This document shows, piece after piece, positions 30,180 to 40,283 of a stretch of 54,195 bases of DNA (positions within the stretch are counted from its first letter, which is position 1; the number at the start of each line of letters is the position of its first letter). This stretch comes from an uncultured bacterium (GTDB taxonomy: Bacteria; Cyanobacteriota; Cyanobacteriia; CAZCXK01). The translations under genes were made by a program, and so were the position numbers. The stretch is from contig CAZCXK010000017.1 in assembly GCA_964502605.1 (NCBI GenBank), forward strand, positions 8,681 through 62,875, in the 5' to 3' direction. The notes beneath the pieces are model-generated. The model saw nothing but the letters and a program-made list of their open reading frames with translations, did not search any database and was not told the DNA's origin.

Positions 30180-30315
30180 ATGAAAACTCGATAACACTAA
30201 ATGCTGTCAATAAATGCTGTCAACGTTTCCATGACTGCGACAGCACTTGGCTAACCTAACGTGCAAGTCTGAGGCAGACTGTGGCGATCGCTACGAATTT
30301 TCTCTGATTAAAACG

Positions 30316-30359
30316 AATAGGACGCAGGCATCCGGTTTCCGAACCCTACGTCCTGTTTT
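30316..30359 (-). terminator. Probable intrinsic terminator (possibly bidirectional)
   Basis: ATAGGACGCAGG...CCTACGTCCTGT stem with A/T-rich flanks, downstream of the 30480-30881 gene. Confidence 0.5.
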
Positions 30360-30479
30360 ATATCTGATTGATATCTGTAATAAAGTGTCTGTATAGACAG
30401 ACAGAGAGAGTTGAGAGATGAGCACAACACTCAGCCAAATCTTTTAGCCAAATGCCCTGCCCCGCAAGCAAGTGAGTAT

Positions 30480-30881
30480 TTAGAGTTCTGTACTTACTTC
30501 ATTGCGGTTACGTTCAGAGAGCTGGTTGCCCTGACCCGATGTAAATTCATCACGCTGGCGATCAGAGAGCTGATTACCCTGTCCAGCAACAAACTCATCG
30601 CGCTGCCGTTCTGACAGCTTGTTCCCCTGACCTGACGTAAACTCATCGCGCTGCCGTTCTGACAGCTTGTTATTCAGCGTTTGACTCCGCTCATCGCGCT
30701 GCCGTTCTGACAACTTGTTGCTCTGCCCCGGAGTCACGTCTTCGTCGGGCTGACGTCCAGGTAAGGCAAGACTTGTCGATTCGCTAGAGTCTTGCAAAAA
30801 TACATCGGCGCGTGCAGCCGCTGGAGCCAAAATCGCAGATAGAGCAATCACCGATAGGCTAGCAAGAATTAGACGTTTCAT
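30480..30881 (-). CDS. Exported small protein with five 16-aa repeats (N[KQ]LS[ED]RQRDEF..GQG)
   Basis: Signal peptide MKRLILASLSVIALSAILAPAAARA; RBS AGGAG; 48-bp periodic DNA repeat. Confidence 0.85.
   Translation of the reverse strand: MKRLILASLSVIALSAILAPAAARADVFLQDSSESTSLALPGRQPDEDVTPGQSNKLSERQRDERSQTLNNKLSERQRDEFTSGQGNKLSERQRDEFVAGQGNQLSDRQRDEFTSGQGNQLSERNRNEVSTEL
30498..30725 (-). repeat. 48-bp coding tandem repeat, about 5 units
   Basis: CTCATCGCGCTGCCGTTCTGACA[G/A]CTTGTT at 30594, 30642 and 30690, with degenerate units at 30546 and 30498. Confidence 0.9.
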
Positions 30882-31077
30882 GATGTTCTCCTAGTTAGTT
30901 TGAATCTGTAATGGGGGGCGTGATTCACAACCTGGAATCGTGACCTCTGTGATTACTAGAATGCTGTCTAACTCTGAACTATCCCTGACCGTTACCTGAG
31001 AAACTAATAAGAGTCGGCTGGGAAATCTGAGAATTCCCAGGGCTGATGATGAGATTCCCGCACAGGTAGATTTACCA

Positions 31078-31689
31078 ATGGACTTACAAGAGCGATTGAA
31101 GCAAATTAACCTCTATTTGATTGGCATGATGGGGGCAGGCAAATCAACTATAGGGAAAGCATTGGCAGCTCGTTTGAGCTATCGCTTTTTGGATACAGAC
31201 ACCACAATTGAGCACCTGATGGGGCAATCAATTCCGCAAATTTTTGCCTCATTGGGAGAGCCCGCCTTTCGAGCGATTGAGTCTCAGGTGCTGGCCGAAG
31301 TGGCAGCTTATCAGCGCATGGCGATCGCCACAGGCGGCGGCATTGTTCTGCAGCAGCAAAACTGGAGCTATCTGCATCATGGCATTGTCATATGGCTTGA
31401 TGTGCCCGTTGAAGTGCTCTATGCTCGACTCCAAGATGATACGACTCGGCCTCTGCTCCAAGATGCCGATCCGCAGCAGCGGTTACGCGATTTGCTCAGC
31501 GATCGCCAACGACTATATGCTCAGGCTGATATTCGCCTGCGGGTAGATGCCGATGACACTCCCGATCACCTAGTTGATCGAATTCTTGAGGCGATCGCCA
31601 GTGTGATCAAGCCTGACGCCACCCCCGTCTCGTCTGGCCCTGCCAATTTCACGCAATCCCTATCCAATCATCACGCCACTGATGCTTAA
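31078..31689 (+). CDS. aroK: Shikimate kinase
   Basis: [28 protein letters not shown]. Confidence 0.95.
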   Translation: MDLQERLKQINLYLIGMMGAGKSTIGKALAARLSYRFLDTDTTIEHLMGQSIPQIFASLGEPAFRAIESQVLAEVAAYQRMAIATGGGIVLQQQNWSYLHHGIVIWLDVPVEVLYARLQDDTTRPLLQDADPQQRLRDLLSDRQRLYAQADIRLRVDADDTPDHLVDRILEAIASVIKPDATPVSSGPANFTQSLSNHHATDA

Positions 31690-32575
31690 CAACAGCGAAT
31701 ACATTCAAAAAGCAGAAGCGACCCGCGTTCGAGTGCTGAGCGAAGCACTGCCCTACATTCAACAGTTTTCTGGCCGCACCATCGTGGTCAAATATGGCGG
31801 CGCTGCCATGAAGGACAGCGACCTCAAGGCCAAGGTGATGCGCGACATTGTGTTTCTATCGTGTGTGGGGCTGCGTCCGATTGTAGTGCATGGCGGCGGC
31901 CCAGAAATCAACTCCTGGCTCGGCAAGATTGGCATCGAGCCTCAATTTAAGAATGGCTTGCGCGTCACCGATGCCGCCACGATGGAAGTAGTAGAAATGG
32001 TGCTCGTGGGTCGAGTCAATAAGGAAATTGTCTCACTGATTAGTCAGGCTGGAGGCTCAGCCGTGGGCATCTGCGGCAAAGATGGCAATTTGATTCGCGC
32101 TCGACCCCAGGGTGCAGAAGGCATTGGATTTGTGGGTGAGGTCGCCAGCATGGATGCCAAACTGCTGGAATCGCTGGTCAACAGTGGCTATATTCCAGTA
32201 GTTTCTAGTGTGGCCGCCGACGAAACCGGGCAAGCTTACAACATCAATGCAGATACGGTCGCAGGTGAGCTGGCGGCAGCGCTCAATGCCGAAAAGCTGA
32301 TTCTTTTGACCGACACACCCGGCATTTTACAAGACCGAGATGACCCGTCATCCCTGATTGCCAAAATGGATATCCAAACGGCACGCCACCTGATTGATAC
32401 CGACGTTGTCGGCGGCGGCATGATCCCAAAGGTGAGTTGCTGTGTGCGATCGCTGGCTCAAGGGGTCAAAGCGGCTCATATCATTGACGGACGCATTCCC
32501 CATGCGCTGCTGCTAGAAATTTTTACCGACGCCGGGATTGGCTCAATGATCGTCGCGTCAGAATTTATTGGCTAA
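31682..32575 (+). CDS. argB: Acetylglutamate kinase
   Basis: [35 protein letters not shown]. Confidence 0.97.
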   Translation: MLNNSEYIQKAEATRVRVLSEALPYIQQFSGRTIVVKYGGAAMKDSDLKAKVMRDIVFLSCVGLRPIVVHGGGPEINSWLGKIGIEPQFKNGLRVTDAATMEVVEMVLVGRVNKEIVSLISQAGGSAVGICGKDGNLIRARPQGAEGIGFVGEVASMDAKLLESLVNSGYIPVVSSVAADETGQAYNINADTVAGELAAALNAEKLILLTDTPGILQDRDDPSSLIAKMDIQTARHLIDTDVVGGGMIPKVSCCVRSLAQGVKAAHIIDGRIPHALLLEIFTDAGIGSMIVASEFIG

Positions 32576-32638
32576 GGTCAGGGCTGGAGGTATATGTTAA
32601 CATCCCAATTTCAACATGGTAACCAACAAGATGCCCCA

Positions 32639-33154
32639 TCAATAGCGATAGCAGGCACGCTCTAAATTGCCTAATTCAATGCAATTGGGCAAGTCACTGG
32701 TCATAGGAATGCTAATGCGGCGAGGCTCTCGATAGCGGTAGCGGGTGGTGTGATCGGAGTTGATAATTACTGGGTCAATCAGTGTTGAATTAATGATTTG
32801 AGAATTAATGACTGTCGGTCTCACCAAGGTCGTATCTCGAATGACCTGAGCTGGGCGTCCATAATAAGACGATGGATAGCCTTGAATCACTCGCACGGTC
32901 GTTTGGGAGCCACCAATGCGAATGGGCACATGATGGCGATCGCCAAACCCTGTATGGATTGATGACCGTTCTAAATCAACAACGATGCCGCTTTGTCTGG
33001 TGCGCTGCTGCCCATTAATGATGATGGTGCCTGCCTGAGCCGATGGCATTATGCCCATGCCCAGAGTGGCGATCGCACCGCAGGCTAAGACCATTAGGCC
33101 CAAGCGCGTCTGACGAATCTGGAAGAGTTTAGCAACCATAGAGTGTGAATTCAT
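32639..33154 (-). CDS. Hypothetical exported protein
   Basis: Signal peptide ending SAQA; repetitive beta-type segment VIRDTTLVRPTVINSQIINSTLIDPVIINS. Confidence 0.7.
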   Translation of the reverse strand: MNSHSMVAKLFQIRQTRLGLMVLACGAIATLGMGIMPSAQAGTIIINGQQRTRQSGIVVDLERSSIHTGFGDRHHVPIRIGGSQTTVRVIQGYPSSYYGRPAQVIRDTTLVRPTVINSQIINSTLIDPVIINSDHTTRYRYREPRRISIPMTSDLPNCIELGNLERACYRY

Positions 33155-33386
33155 GTGAGCTGGGGAGAGAGCATTCTAGATATATAGACCTTAATCTCAC
33201 CCTGAAAGGTTTCTGGCACACCTGAGAGAGCTAAAGCATGCACCCAACAACCATAGACTGCCATTTCAGAATTGCACTGGCGAAATCACGTTGCTACATC
33301 TCCACGTTACCCTAATCTGGAATGGGTTGTGGGCAGTTGAATGGCCTCGATTTCCCTCTTTTCGACCTAACCTGACGCCAGAACGT

Positions 33387-33917
33387 ATGAGTGCAGAACA
33401 ACTAGAATTCGCTAAAACCTATTACCAATCTGGGAAAGACGCCTTTGAACGCGGGCGATATCGTGAAGCGGTACAAGCACTTGAAAAAGCCGTGAGTTTG
33501 GTGACATGCACCTCCCGGTTTGGGGGAGACGTACAGATTTGGTTGGTGACGGCCTACGAGGCGGCAGGCAATCGAGATGCGGCGATCGCCCTCTGCAACC
33601 AAGTGGCTTGCCATCCTGATCCTGAAACCTCTAAGCAAGGCAAGCGATTGCTCTATATTCTTAAGGCTCCCCGTCTCAAAACCCGCCCAGAATGGCTGAC
33701 TCAAATCCCTGACTTGGGCGCAATCGACGATCGGCAACAGCAAGGCCAGGGGCTCTCTCCCTATGCCAGGGCAAACCCCGCACCTCGACGACGCTCTCAG
33801 CCCCAAGCACCTGAACCTGTCGATTTAAGCCAGGTAAATACCCAAGAAAATCAGTTTATCTGGTTAGCATTAGGGGCGATCGCCCTGACTTTGTTGGGGT
33901 TGTGGTGGGGAAGCTGA
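33387..33917 (+). CDS. TPR-like protein with C-terminal membrane anchor
   Basis: Y..GK.AFERGRYREAV..LEKA, LLYILKAPRL, C-terminal TM; start ATG 33387. Confidence 0.85.
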   Translation: MSAEQLEFAKTYYQSGKDAFERGRYREAVQALEKAVSLVTCTSRFGGDVQIWLVTAYEAAGNRDAAIALCNQVACHPDPETSKQGKRLLYILKAPRLKTRPEWLTQIPDLGAIDDRQQQGQGLSPYARANPAPRRRSQPQAPEPVDLSQVNTQENQFIWLALGAIALTLLGLWWGS

Positions 33918-34012
33918 GGGGAAGGAAGAGGGTGGAAGGAAGAGGGTGGCGAGGAAAGATAGGCGTATGATGAGACCAGGTGTTTTGAGTTCATTTTGGG
34001 GTTGAGCCAGCT

Positions 34013-34894
34013 ATGGAGCATTGGTTTACCAGCCTATACATATTTGGGGTGGCGGCGTGGCGGCGAGTGATTGATGCCGTTCACGGGTGGCTAGTGTGGA
34101 TGCACATAAGTCAACTGTTCCGGGCGATCGCCCCTCACCTCAGGCAATGGCGACATCTGGGGCTTTGCCTGCTGGCAATGGTCTGTTTAACGGGCTGTGT
34201 CAGCTACGACGTGGGCATTACCTATATCGACCAACACCATGGTGAAATGACTCAGCATATTCGCCTTGACGAACGGCTGGCCCGATTTAGCAACGACGTG
34301 ACTCAGGAGTGGCTCACCCGCATTCTCACCCACACCCGGCGGTTGGGCGGCTCGATTCAGCGAGTGTCGGATGATGAATTAATTGCGACCATTCCGTTTA
34401 ACAATGGAGCCGATTTAGTCGCCAAGTTCAACGCCTTTTTTCAGCCTGACCTGGAGGCTGAAGAGGAGGATGGGCGATCGCCTCAACCCGAGATTTCATC
34501 ACAGCTCAGCATTCACGAAAGCAATTTTCTACTGGTGCTCAGAAATCGACTCACCTACGACCTCGATTTGCGATCGCTCGATATGCTTTCATCTCAGAGT
34601 AATGGGCGGGTCAATTCGCGATCGCTGTTAGATTTGACGTTTAGCCTGACAACGCCATGGGGAGCGCAGGTTGCAAACGTTTCGAGGCTATCTGGAGCGA
34701 GTAGTTCTCAGCAAGGCCGCCACATTCTTTGGACATTAGAACCTGGGGAACTCAATCATCTAGATGTGGTGTTTTGGGTGCCAAGTCCTCTCGGAATGGG
34801 AACATTAATAATTGTGATGGTGGTTGCCATCGGACAATGGCTGCGGTGGGCGCTGTTTTCATCTGGCAATTCGGCTCTTGATGCCCCAAAATAG
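34013..34894 (+). CDS. DUF3153-like cyanobacterial lipoprotein
   Basis: Lipobox LTGC, IPFNNGADL, YDLDLRSL, L.TPWG, W.L.PG..N.L...FW.PSPLG, C-terminal TM. True start probably downstream (~34100). Confidence 0.75.
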   Translation: MEHWFTSLYIFGVAAWRRVIDAVHGWLVWMHISQLFRAIAPHLRQWRHLGLCLLAMVCLTGCVSYDVGITYIDQHHGEMTQHIRLDERLARFSNDVTQEWLTRILTHTRRLGGSIQRVSDDELIATIPFNNGADLVAKFNAFFQPDLEAEEEDGRSPQPEISSQLSIHESNFLLVLRNRLTYDLDLRSLDMLSSQSNGRVNSRSLLDLTFSLTTPWGAQVANVSRLSGASSSQQGRHILWTLEPGELNHLDVVFWVPSPLGMGTLIIVMVVAIGQWLRWALFSSGNSALDAPK

Positions 34895-35131
34895 ACAGAT
34901 TCAGCCATCTGGCTGACAACCATGCACCTCCCCAACTGGATCACCCGTATTAACTCTAGCCAAACCTGCTAAACTAAGCTCAACGCCTTACCCAGCCGCA
35001 TTGATTGCCGATCGCAATCGGCTTTTCTAACGAGACGAAGAGATGTCACTGTCGGTAGTCTCATTGCGCCCAAGGTATGCTAAATTCCCCGATAGTTTAA
35101 GGTTCATATCGCAAGATTGAGGGTTCAGTCG

Positions 35132-35497
35132 ATGCGCCAAGTCAACTTTGTCATTATCTTTGTAATCTGTCTTGCTCTGGTTTTATTTGGAATCGAGAAT
35201 ACCGAGCCAGCTACTATTCATGTCATCGAAGGCGTGAATCTTCAGGCACCTCTGTCGGTTGAATTATTGCTGGCAATGGGGATTGGGGCAGTTCTTGCCT
35301 GGGTTTTCAGCGTATGGACTCAGATGCAGCACTATCTCGATTCAGGGCGAGAACTGCAAGAGCGGGATGAGCGGATCCAAGAGCTTGAGCAAAACGTACA
35401 GCACTTTAAGGTTGAGCTTGAAGAGCAGCAGCGCTTGCTGCCGGCTTCACAAGTTCAAGCTGAAGATGCTGAAGCAACCGAAGTGTTTGCCAAGTAG
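35132..35497 (+). CDS. LapA-family membrane protein with coiled-coil tail
   Basis: Two TM helices around the ..EN motif (LFGIENT), APLSVELL, then a charged coiled coil. Confidence 0.8.
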   Translation: MRQVNFVIIFVICLALVLFGIENTEPATIHVIEGVNLQAPLSVELLLAMGIGAVLAWVFSVWTQMQHYLDSGRELQERDERIQELEQNVQHFKVELEEQQRLLPASQVQAEDAEATEVFAK

Positions 35498-35572
35498 TGA
35501 GACTCAGGCCGACGAGCACCCTCTCGTCGGTCATCAAATCTCATTGATGAGGTCTAACCGTTGCTATTGAAG

Positions 35573-35722
35573 ATGCCTACATTGTTGAGGGAGCTAATCT
35601 TAGCAGTTGATCCAGCTCGGTTGATTAGCTCTTCTAGCCCCTGGAGCCTTTGGGTGCCGCTGTTGCTTCTGGGGTTGATTGCGGTAGCCGCCGCTTATTT
35701 TGCCCGCACTCGCATCCGATAG
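35573..35722 (+). CDS. Putative 49-aa single-TM small protein (not in ORF track)
   Basis: MPTLLRELILAVDPARLISSSSPWSLWVPLLLLGLIAVAAAYFARTRIR*; stops 6 nt before scpA. Confidence 0.55.
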   Translation: MPTLLRELILAVDPARLISSSSPWSLWVPLLLLGLIAVAAAYFARTRIR

Positions 35723-35728
35723 GACGCT

Positions 35729-36589
35729 ATGGCCTTTTCTTTAGCTCAAAATGCGATCGCCTTGCTGATTGATTTAGCCGAACGGGGGGAAATTGACCCC
35801 TGGGATGTCAAGGTCATTGATGTGGTTGATCGCTTTCTCAGCCAGCTTCAGCCCGGTCAAAGCGTTGAGTCGGGGCGGGCTCCCTATGAGGCAGATTTGT
35901 CTGAGTCGGGTCAGGCATTTCTCTACGCCTCGATTTTAGTGCTATTGAAGGCAGACAGTTTGGCTCGTTCTGACTCTGACGAAGAGGAAGAGTCAGTTGA
36001 AGACATGGAACTGCCAGACTCAGACGGCACAAATGCGCGACTTCCTCTGCATCTCGAACGACAGATCCGCCGGCGGGCGGTGGCTCACCCCCCTCGCAAT
36101 CGACGGGTAACGCTAAAAGAATTGATTTCCCAACTTGAGCTGATGGCTGCAACGGTTGCAGAGCATCGCCCTCGCGTTCGCACCCGACGCCCACGTCCTC
36201 AACCTCGGAGTCAGGCTGTTCGGGCGATCGCCCAACTGGCTCACCAAGAAAATCTATCTGAAATTGCCACAATTCTGGAGAACTTTTTGAGCATTCACTG
36301 GCCGACAATCAGTCAGGGGGATGAATGGTTAGACTTTGAGCTACTGCTTGATTTTTGGTCAAGTCCTGATTTGCAGCAAGAGGCTGGGCTGGGCAACACT
36401 GAACATCTCTGTGGGTATTCGCCTCAGAGCGATCGCGTGGGCGTGTTTTGGGCGTTGCTGTTTCTTTCGGCACAGTCGAAAGTAGAACTATCCCAGCATG
36501 AATTTTACCAAGATCTCAGAGTCCGCAGCTTGGCTGATTTATCGGCTGCCCAGCTCGAAGAAATCTCGGCTTTTGCCTTGCCTGACTAG
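35729..36589 (+). CDS. scpA: Segregation and condensation protein A
   Basis: GEIDPWDV.VI, A.LV.LKA, RVTL.ELI, VGVFWALLFL..QSKVEL.Q..FY. Confidence 0.92.
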   Translation: MAFSLAQNAIALLIDLAERGEIDPWDVKVIDVVDRFLSQLQPGQSVESGRAPYEADLSESGQAFLYASILVLLKADSLARSDSDEEEESVEDMELPDSDGTNARLPLHLERQIRRRAVAHPPRNRRVTLKELISQLELMAATVAEHRPRVRTRRPRPQPRSQAVRAIAQLAHQENLSEIATILENFLSIHWPTISQGDEWLDFELLLDFWSSPDLQQEAGLGNTEHLCGYSPQSDRVGVFWALLFLSAQSKVELSQHEFYQDLRVRSLADLSAAQLEEISAFALPD

Positions 36590-36939
36590 ATTTGGTAGGA
36601 TGCCAGAAAACTAGCTATAGATTGATGAGGGCAAACGTGGGGCTGTCTAGGTGCTCGGTGACATTTCGCCAAACGTAGCTGAAGGATTGACGAGCAGGTG
36701 TTGATGGACGGTTTCCTTGTCAATTTGTTCGGGCAATGCACAAATTTGATAGGTTTGAGGCGATTTTCGCCCAATTTAATGTAGATTTCGCAAATCCACT
36801 ATTTTACTCCTGGCAATCTCCGAAGTTTATGAAAAACTGTATTGTGAGAACGCCAGACTTGGTGTTGCTTGCTTACGCTGAATCTTGTATTGACTAGCTT
36901 CGTTAGAGTAAATCGACCAGCAAAGAGGGACAGAGACTT

Positions 36940-38100
36940 ATGAAAGCCATGATTTTGGCCGCTGGCAAGGGAACGCGAGTTCGCCCAATTACATATACCA
37001 TTCCCAAGCCAATGATCCCGATTTTGCAAAAGCCCGTTATGGAGTTTTTGCTTGAGCTTTTGCGTCAGCACGGGTTCGACCAGATTATGGTCAACGTGAG
37101 CCACCTTGCGAATGAAATTGAAAGTTATTTTCGAGATGGTCAACGCTTTGGAGTGCAAATCGCATACTCCTTTGAGGGGCGAATCGAAGATGGCGAACTC
37201 ATGGGTGATGCGCTGGGTTCTGCTGGCGGGATGAAGAGAATTCAAGAGTTTTCGCCCTTCTTTGATGACACCTTTATTGTGCTGTGCGGAGATGCTCTGA
37301 TTGACCTTGACCTGTCAGAGGCAGTGCGCTGGCATCGTGAAAAGGGAGCGATCGCCACAGTAATTCTTAAGCCCGTTCCCCGTGAAGAAGTCTCTAGTTA
37401 TGGCGTTGTCGTCACTGACAAAGAGGGGCGCATTAAGAAATTTCAGGAGAAGCCGTCGGTTGAGGACGCTCTCAGTACCGACATCAACACCGGAATTTAC
37501 ATTTTTGAGCCTGAAATTTTTGACTATATCCCGTCAGGAGAGGTCTACGACATTGGTGGAGAGCTGTTTCCCAAATTAGTAGATTCTGATGCGCCATTTT
37601 ATGGCGTCTCGATGGACTTTGAATGGGTTGACATTGGTAAAGTGCCTGACTACTGGCAAGCGATTCGGAGTGTGCTGTTGGGTGAGGTCAAAAATGTCCA
37701 AATCCCTGGTACTGAGGTTCGTCCTGGCATTTATACTGGGCTGAATGTCGCCATAAATTGGGATAAAGTTGACATCCAGGGCCCCGTTTACATCGGCGGT
37801 ATGACTCGCATTGATGACGGGGCAAAGATTATTGGCCCAACAATGATTGGCCCGAGTTGCCACATTTGCGGCGGTGCCACAATTGATAACAGCGTTATTT
37901 TTGAATATTCACGGATTGGCCCCGGTGCATTATTGGCGAATAAACTGGTGTTTGGCCGTTACTGTGTTGACAAAACGGGAGCATCGGTTGATGTGCAGGC
38001 AGCAGCACTCGATTGGCTGATTACGGATACGCGTCAATCGCCGCCGCCACATACTGCGCCCGAGCGACAGGCGATCGCCGAGCTGCTAGGTCAGGGTTAG
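36940..38100 (+). CDS. cugP: Sugar-phosphate nucleotidyltransferase (cyanobacterial UDP-glucose pyrophosphorylase CugP type)
   Basis: MKAMILAAGKGTRVRPIT.TIPKPMIPILQKPVMEFLL, FQEKP, WVDIG, C-terminal left-handed beta-helix; closely resembles Synechocystis CugP as recalled. Confidence 0.85.
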   Translation: MKAMILAAGKGTRVRPITYTIPKPMIPILQKPVMEFLLELLRQHGFDQIMVNVSHLANEIESYFRDGQRFGVQIAYSFEGRIEDGELMGDALGSAGGMKRIQEFSPFFDDTFIVLCGDALIDLDLSEAVRWHREKGAIATVILKPVPREEVSSYGVVVTDKEGRIKKFQEKPSVEDALSTDINTGIYIFEPEIFDYIPSGEVYDIGGELFPKLVDSDAPFYGVSMDFEWVDIGKVPDYWQAIRSVLLGEVKNVQIPGTEVRPGIYTGLNVAINWDKVDIQGPVYIGGMTRIDDGAKIIGPTMIGPSCHICGGATIDNSVIFEYSRIGPGALLANKLVFGRYCVDKTGASVDVQAAALDWLITDTRQSPPPHTAPERQAIAELLGQG

Positions 38101-38136
38101 ACAGCCAATTTGCTCAACGCTGAAACTCTTAAGGAT

Positions 38137-38170
38137 GTGGAGGACAGGGTTATCTAACCTTGTCCTCCGC
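38137..38170. terminator. Hairpin between convergent genes
   Basis: GTGGAGGACAGGGTT-ATCT-AACCTTGTCCTCCGC. Confidence 0.65.
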
Positions 38171-38190
38171 CCGTTTGGTTTGCCCCAACA

Positions 38191-39039
38191 TTACCAGATA
38201 TCTGAATTCGCCGTGCCATCTGGCATCAATGTGCCCAGCAAAATCGCCTTCTGAAAATTCGCTTTGGTGAGGTTGGCGCTGATCAGCACAGCTTCCGTCA
38301 GATCTGCTTCACTCAAATTTGCCCAACAGAGCTTAGCTCGATATAAGTTAGCCTTCCGCAAATTTGCGCCTCGTAGCGAGACCCAACTCAGGTTACCACT
38401 CCGAATGTTAGCCTGACTGAGCGATGCATTCATTAAATTCGCACCAGTCAGCTTGACTCGGTTGAGTTCTGCACCGCGCAAATCAGCATCTTCCAGACTG
38501 GCACCATCCATGAATGCGCCAGTCAAATTTGCCCCCTCTAATAGCGCTGCATTAAGAATCGCGTTTGATAAATTTGCAGATTCGAGGATGGCTCGTCTCA
38601 AATCAACCTCTGTTAATTTTGCTCGATTTAGACTAGCTTCATTGAGATTAGCTTCCGACAAATTGGCATGGTCAAGAATCGCTTCACTCAAATTCGCTTC
38701 TGGCAAATTTGCCCGATGGAGATTAGCTTCAATCAGTCGGGCACCGCGCAACCCAATTCTGGTCATCTCTGCGGCAATCAGGCTAGCACCCGATAAGTTG
38801 GCTCCGATCAAATTGGCATCGGTTAAATCCGCATGATTGAGATTGGCTAGCTGCAAGTTGACTTCTCTTAAGTTTGCTGACGACAAATCTGCCCCGCTTA
38901 AATCTGCACCCGCCAGGTTAACTCGACGCAGATCAATGTCTCTCAATTTTTTACCGCTCAGATTGATTCCACTCAGGTTTTCACCTCGGAAATCTCGTAA
39001 GCCTTCTACGTAGCTGTTCAGCAGTTCGTCAACCTGCAT
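38191..39039 (-). CDS. Pentapeptide repeat protein
   Basis: Continuous A[ND]L.. pentamers; Y..G.RDF N-terminus and MPDG C-terminus. Confidence 0.95.
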   Translation of the reverse strand: MQVDELLNSYVEGLRDFRGENLSGINLSGKKLRDIDLRRVNLAGADLSGADLSSANLREVNLQLANLNHADLTDANLIGANLSGASLIAAEMTRIGLRGARLIEANLHRANLPEANLSEAILDHANLSEANLNEASLNRAKLTEVDLRRAILESANLSNAILNAALLEGANLTGAFMDGASLEDADLRGAELNRVKLTGANLMNASLSQANIRSGNLSWVSLRGANLRKANLYRAKLCWANLSEADLTEAVLISANLTKANFQKAILLGTLMPDGTANSDIW

Positions 39040-39629
39040 GACTTATTTCTCACTACTCGCACAATTCGCACAATCAGGTGTAAAGCTAGAATGCCCCGAT
39101 CATCTCCGTAAATTGACGGATGATTGATTATCCGATGCTTTAACGCCTCTCCGCCTACGGATATATCAGAAGACTTGAACAGTAGACTTCCCTAAGATTA
39201 CGTAGATACATAAGCTCGAATGTCCTACTCTACCATTGGCTTTTCAGACATCTTTCTGGTTTGCATGTGCGGCACAAGCGAGCTTGCCATAATCTGAGTC
39301 ATCAGAGTTGGCGGAGTATCGCTATCGCCATCAGGGTGAGGATGGATTAAACATCTGCCCTAATCCATGAACGGCGTGCTTGCCCTGGAGCAAGGTCTGA
39401 CGATCGCCTGTTCAGGGTAACCACGATTCGGTACATTCATTAAACCGCAGATTCGCGATAGTAGTGATTAATACACAATTGGGCACAGAGTGATCGGTTG
39501 TCTCGTCATTACTATTCGACGATGCTGGAAGTATTAATATCTACGTTTGACCCCCAACTCTGAGCATTTCATCCGGATAGTGCAGGGTTGGAGCGGGACA
39601 CGATTAAATCAATAGATGGGAGACTAACG

Positions 39630-40097
39630 ATGAAATCTGTTTTAATGATAGGGCTATTGGCGATCGCCCTCAGCCTGACTGTGCTGCCTGTTGCCGCGCA
39701 GTCATTACCAGAGTCTAGTGCATATCGGTTGGCTCAAACCAATGGAGCTTCGGACAATGTGGCGATCGCGGAAGGCTTAATCAATGACTTAGCCGCATCA
39801 GATTATGATGCCGCGATCGCCACCTACGACACCAGTGCCGCCACCAATGTGACGGAGTCAAGCTTGGTGCAAACCTGGCAAGACATCGTGGCACAAAGCG
39901 GTGAGTTTCAGCGGCAAGTTAGGGCTCAAGCTGAACCCGCTCAATCTCCAGACGAGCCTACTCTTGTGATTGTCACAGGTCAGTTTGCCAACGAATGTCG
40001 GGATCTATTTGTCATTATCGACTCTAACCAAGAGGTAATTGGCTTAGACGCAGCCAGCGGCGAACCCCTCGACACCTGTCAGGCGACTGACGAGTAA
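39630..40097 (+). CDS. Exported DUF3887-like protein
   Basis: Signal peptide; A...I..LA..DY..A, L...WQ......GEF, V...F pattern. Confidence 0.65.
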   Translation: MKSVLMIGLLAIALSLTVLPVAAQSLPESSAYRLAQTNGASDNVAIAEGLINDLAASDYDAAIATYDTSAATNVTESSLVQTWQDIVAQSGEFQRQVRAQAEPAQSPDEPTLVIVTGQFANECRDLFVIIDSNQEVIGLDAASGEPLDTCQATDE

Positions 40098-40283
40098 ACT
40101 ACCCACGTTGCTGTAGCGGCTGGGAGTGAGTCTGCATGGGCGACCCCATCTGTGGTACCTGACTATCAAACTGCCAACTCCATACGCCCCACATCCCAGC
40201 CCAGAACAGGAAATCGACCTGTGAAAACGCTCCAGATTTCGATCTGGATTTAGGATGACTGATTTGGAAATCTAAGTTTAATC

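Noticed and set aside
30498-30725. 48-bp periodic repeats as a possible CRISPR array
   Set aside because: In-frame coding repeats with similar, short 'spacers'; no cas genes in the window.
15836-30881. RiPP cluster formed by the CPBP protease, PmbA and the repeat peptide
   Set aside because: The genes are kilobases apart among housekeeping genes, and both proteases are widespread in cyanobacteria.
33920-33947. GGAAGGAAGAGGGT x2
   Set aside because: Ordinary short intergenic tandem repeat of the kind common in filamentous cyanobacteria.
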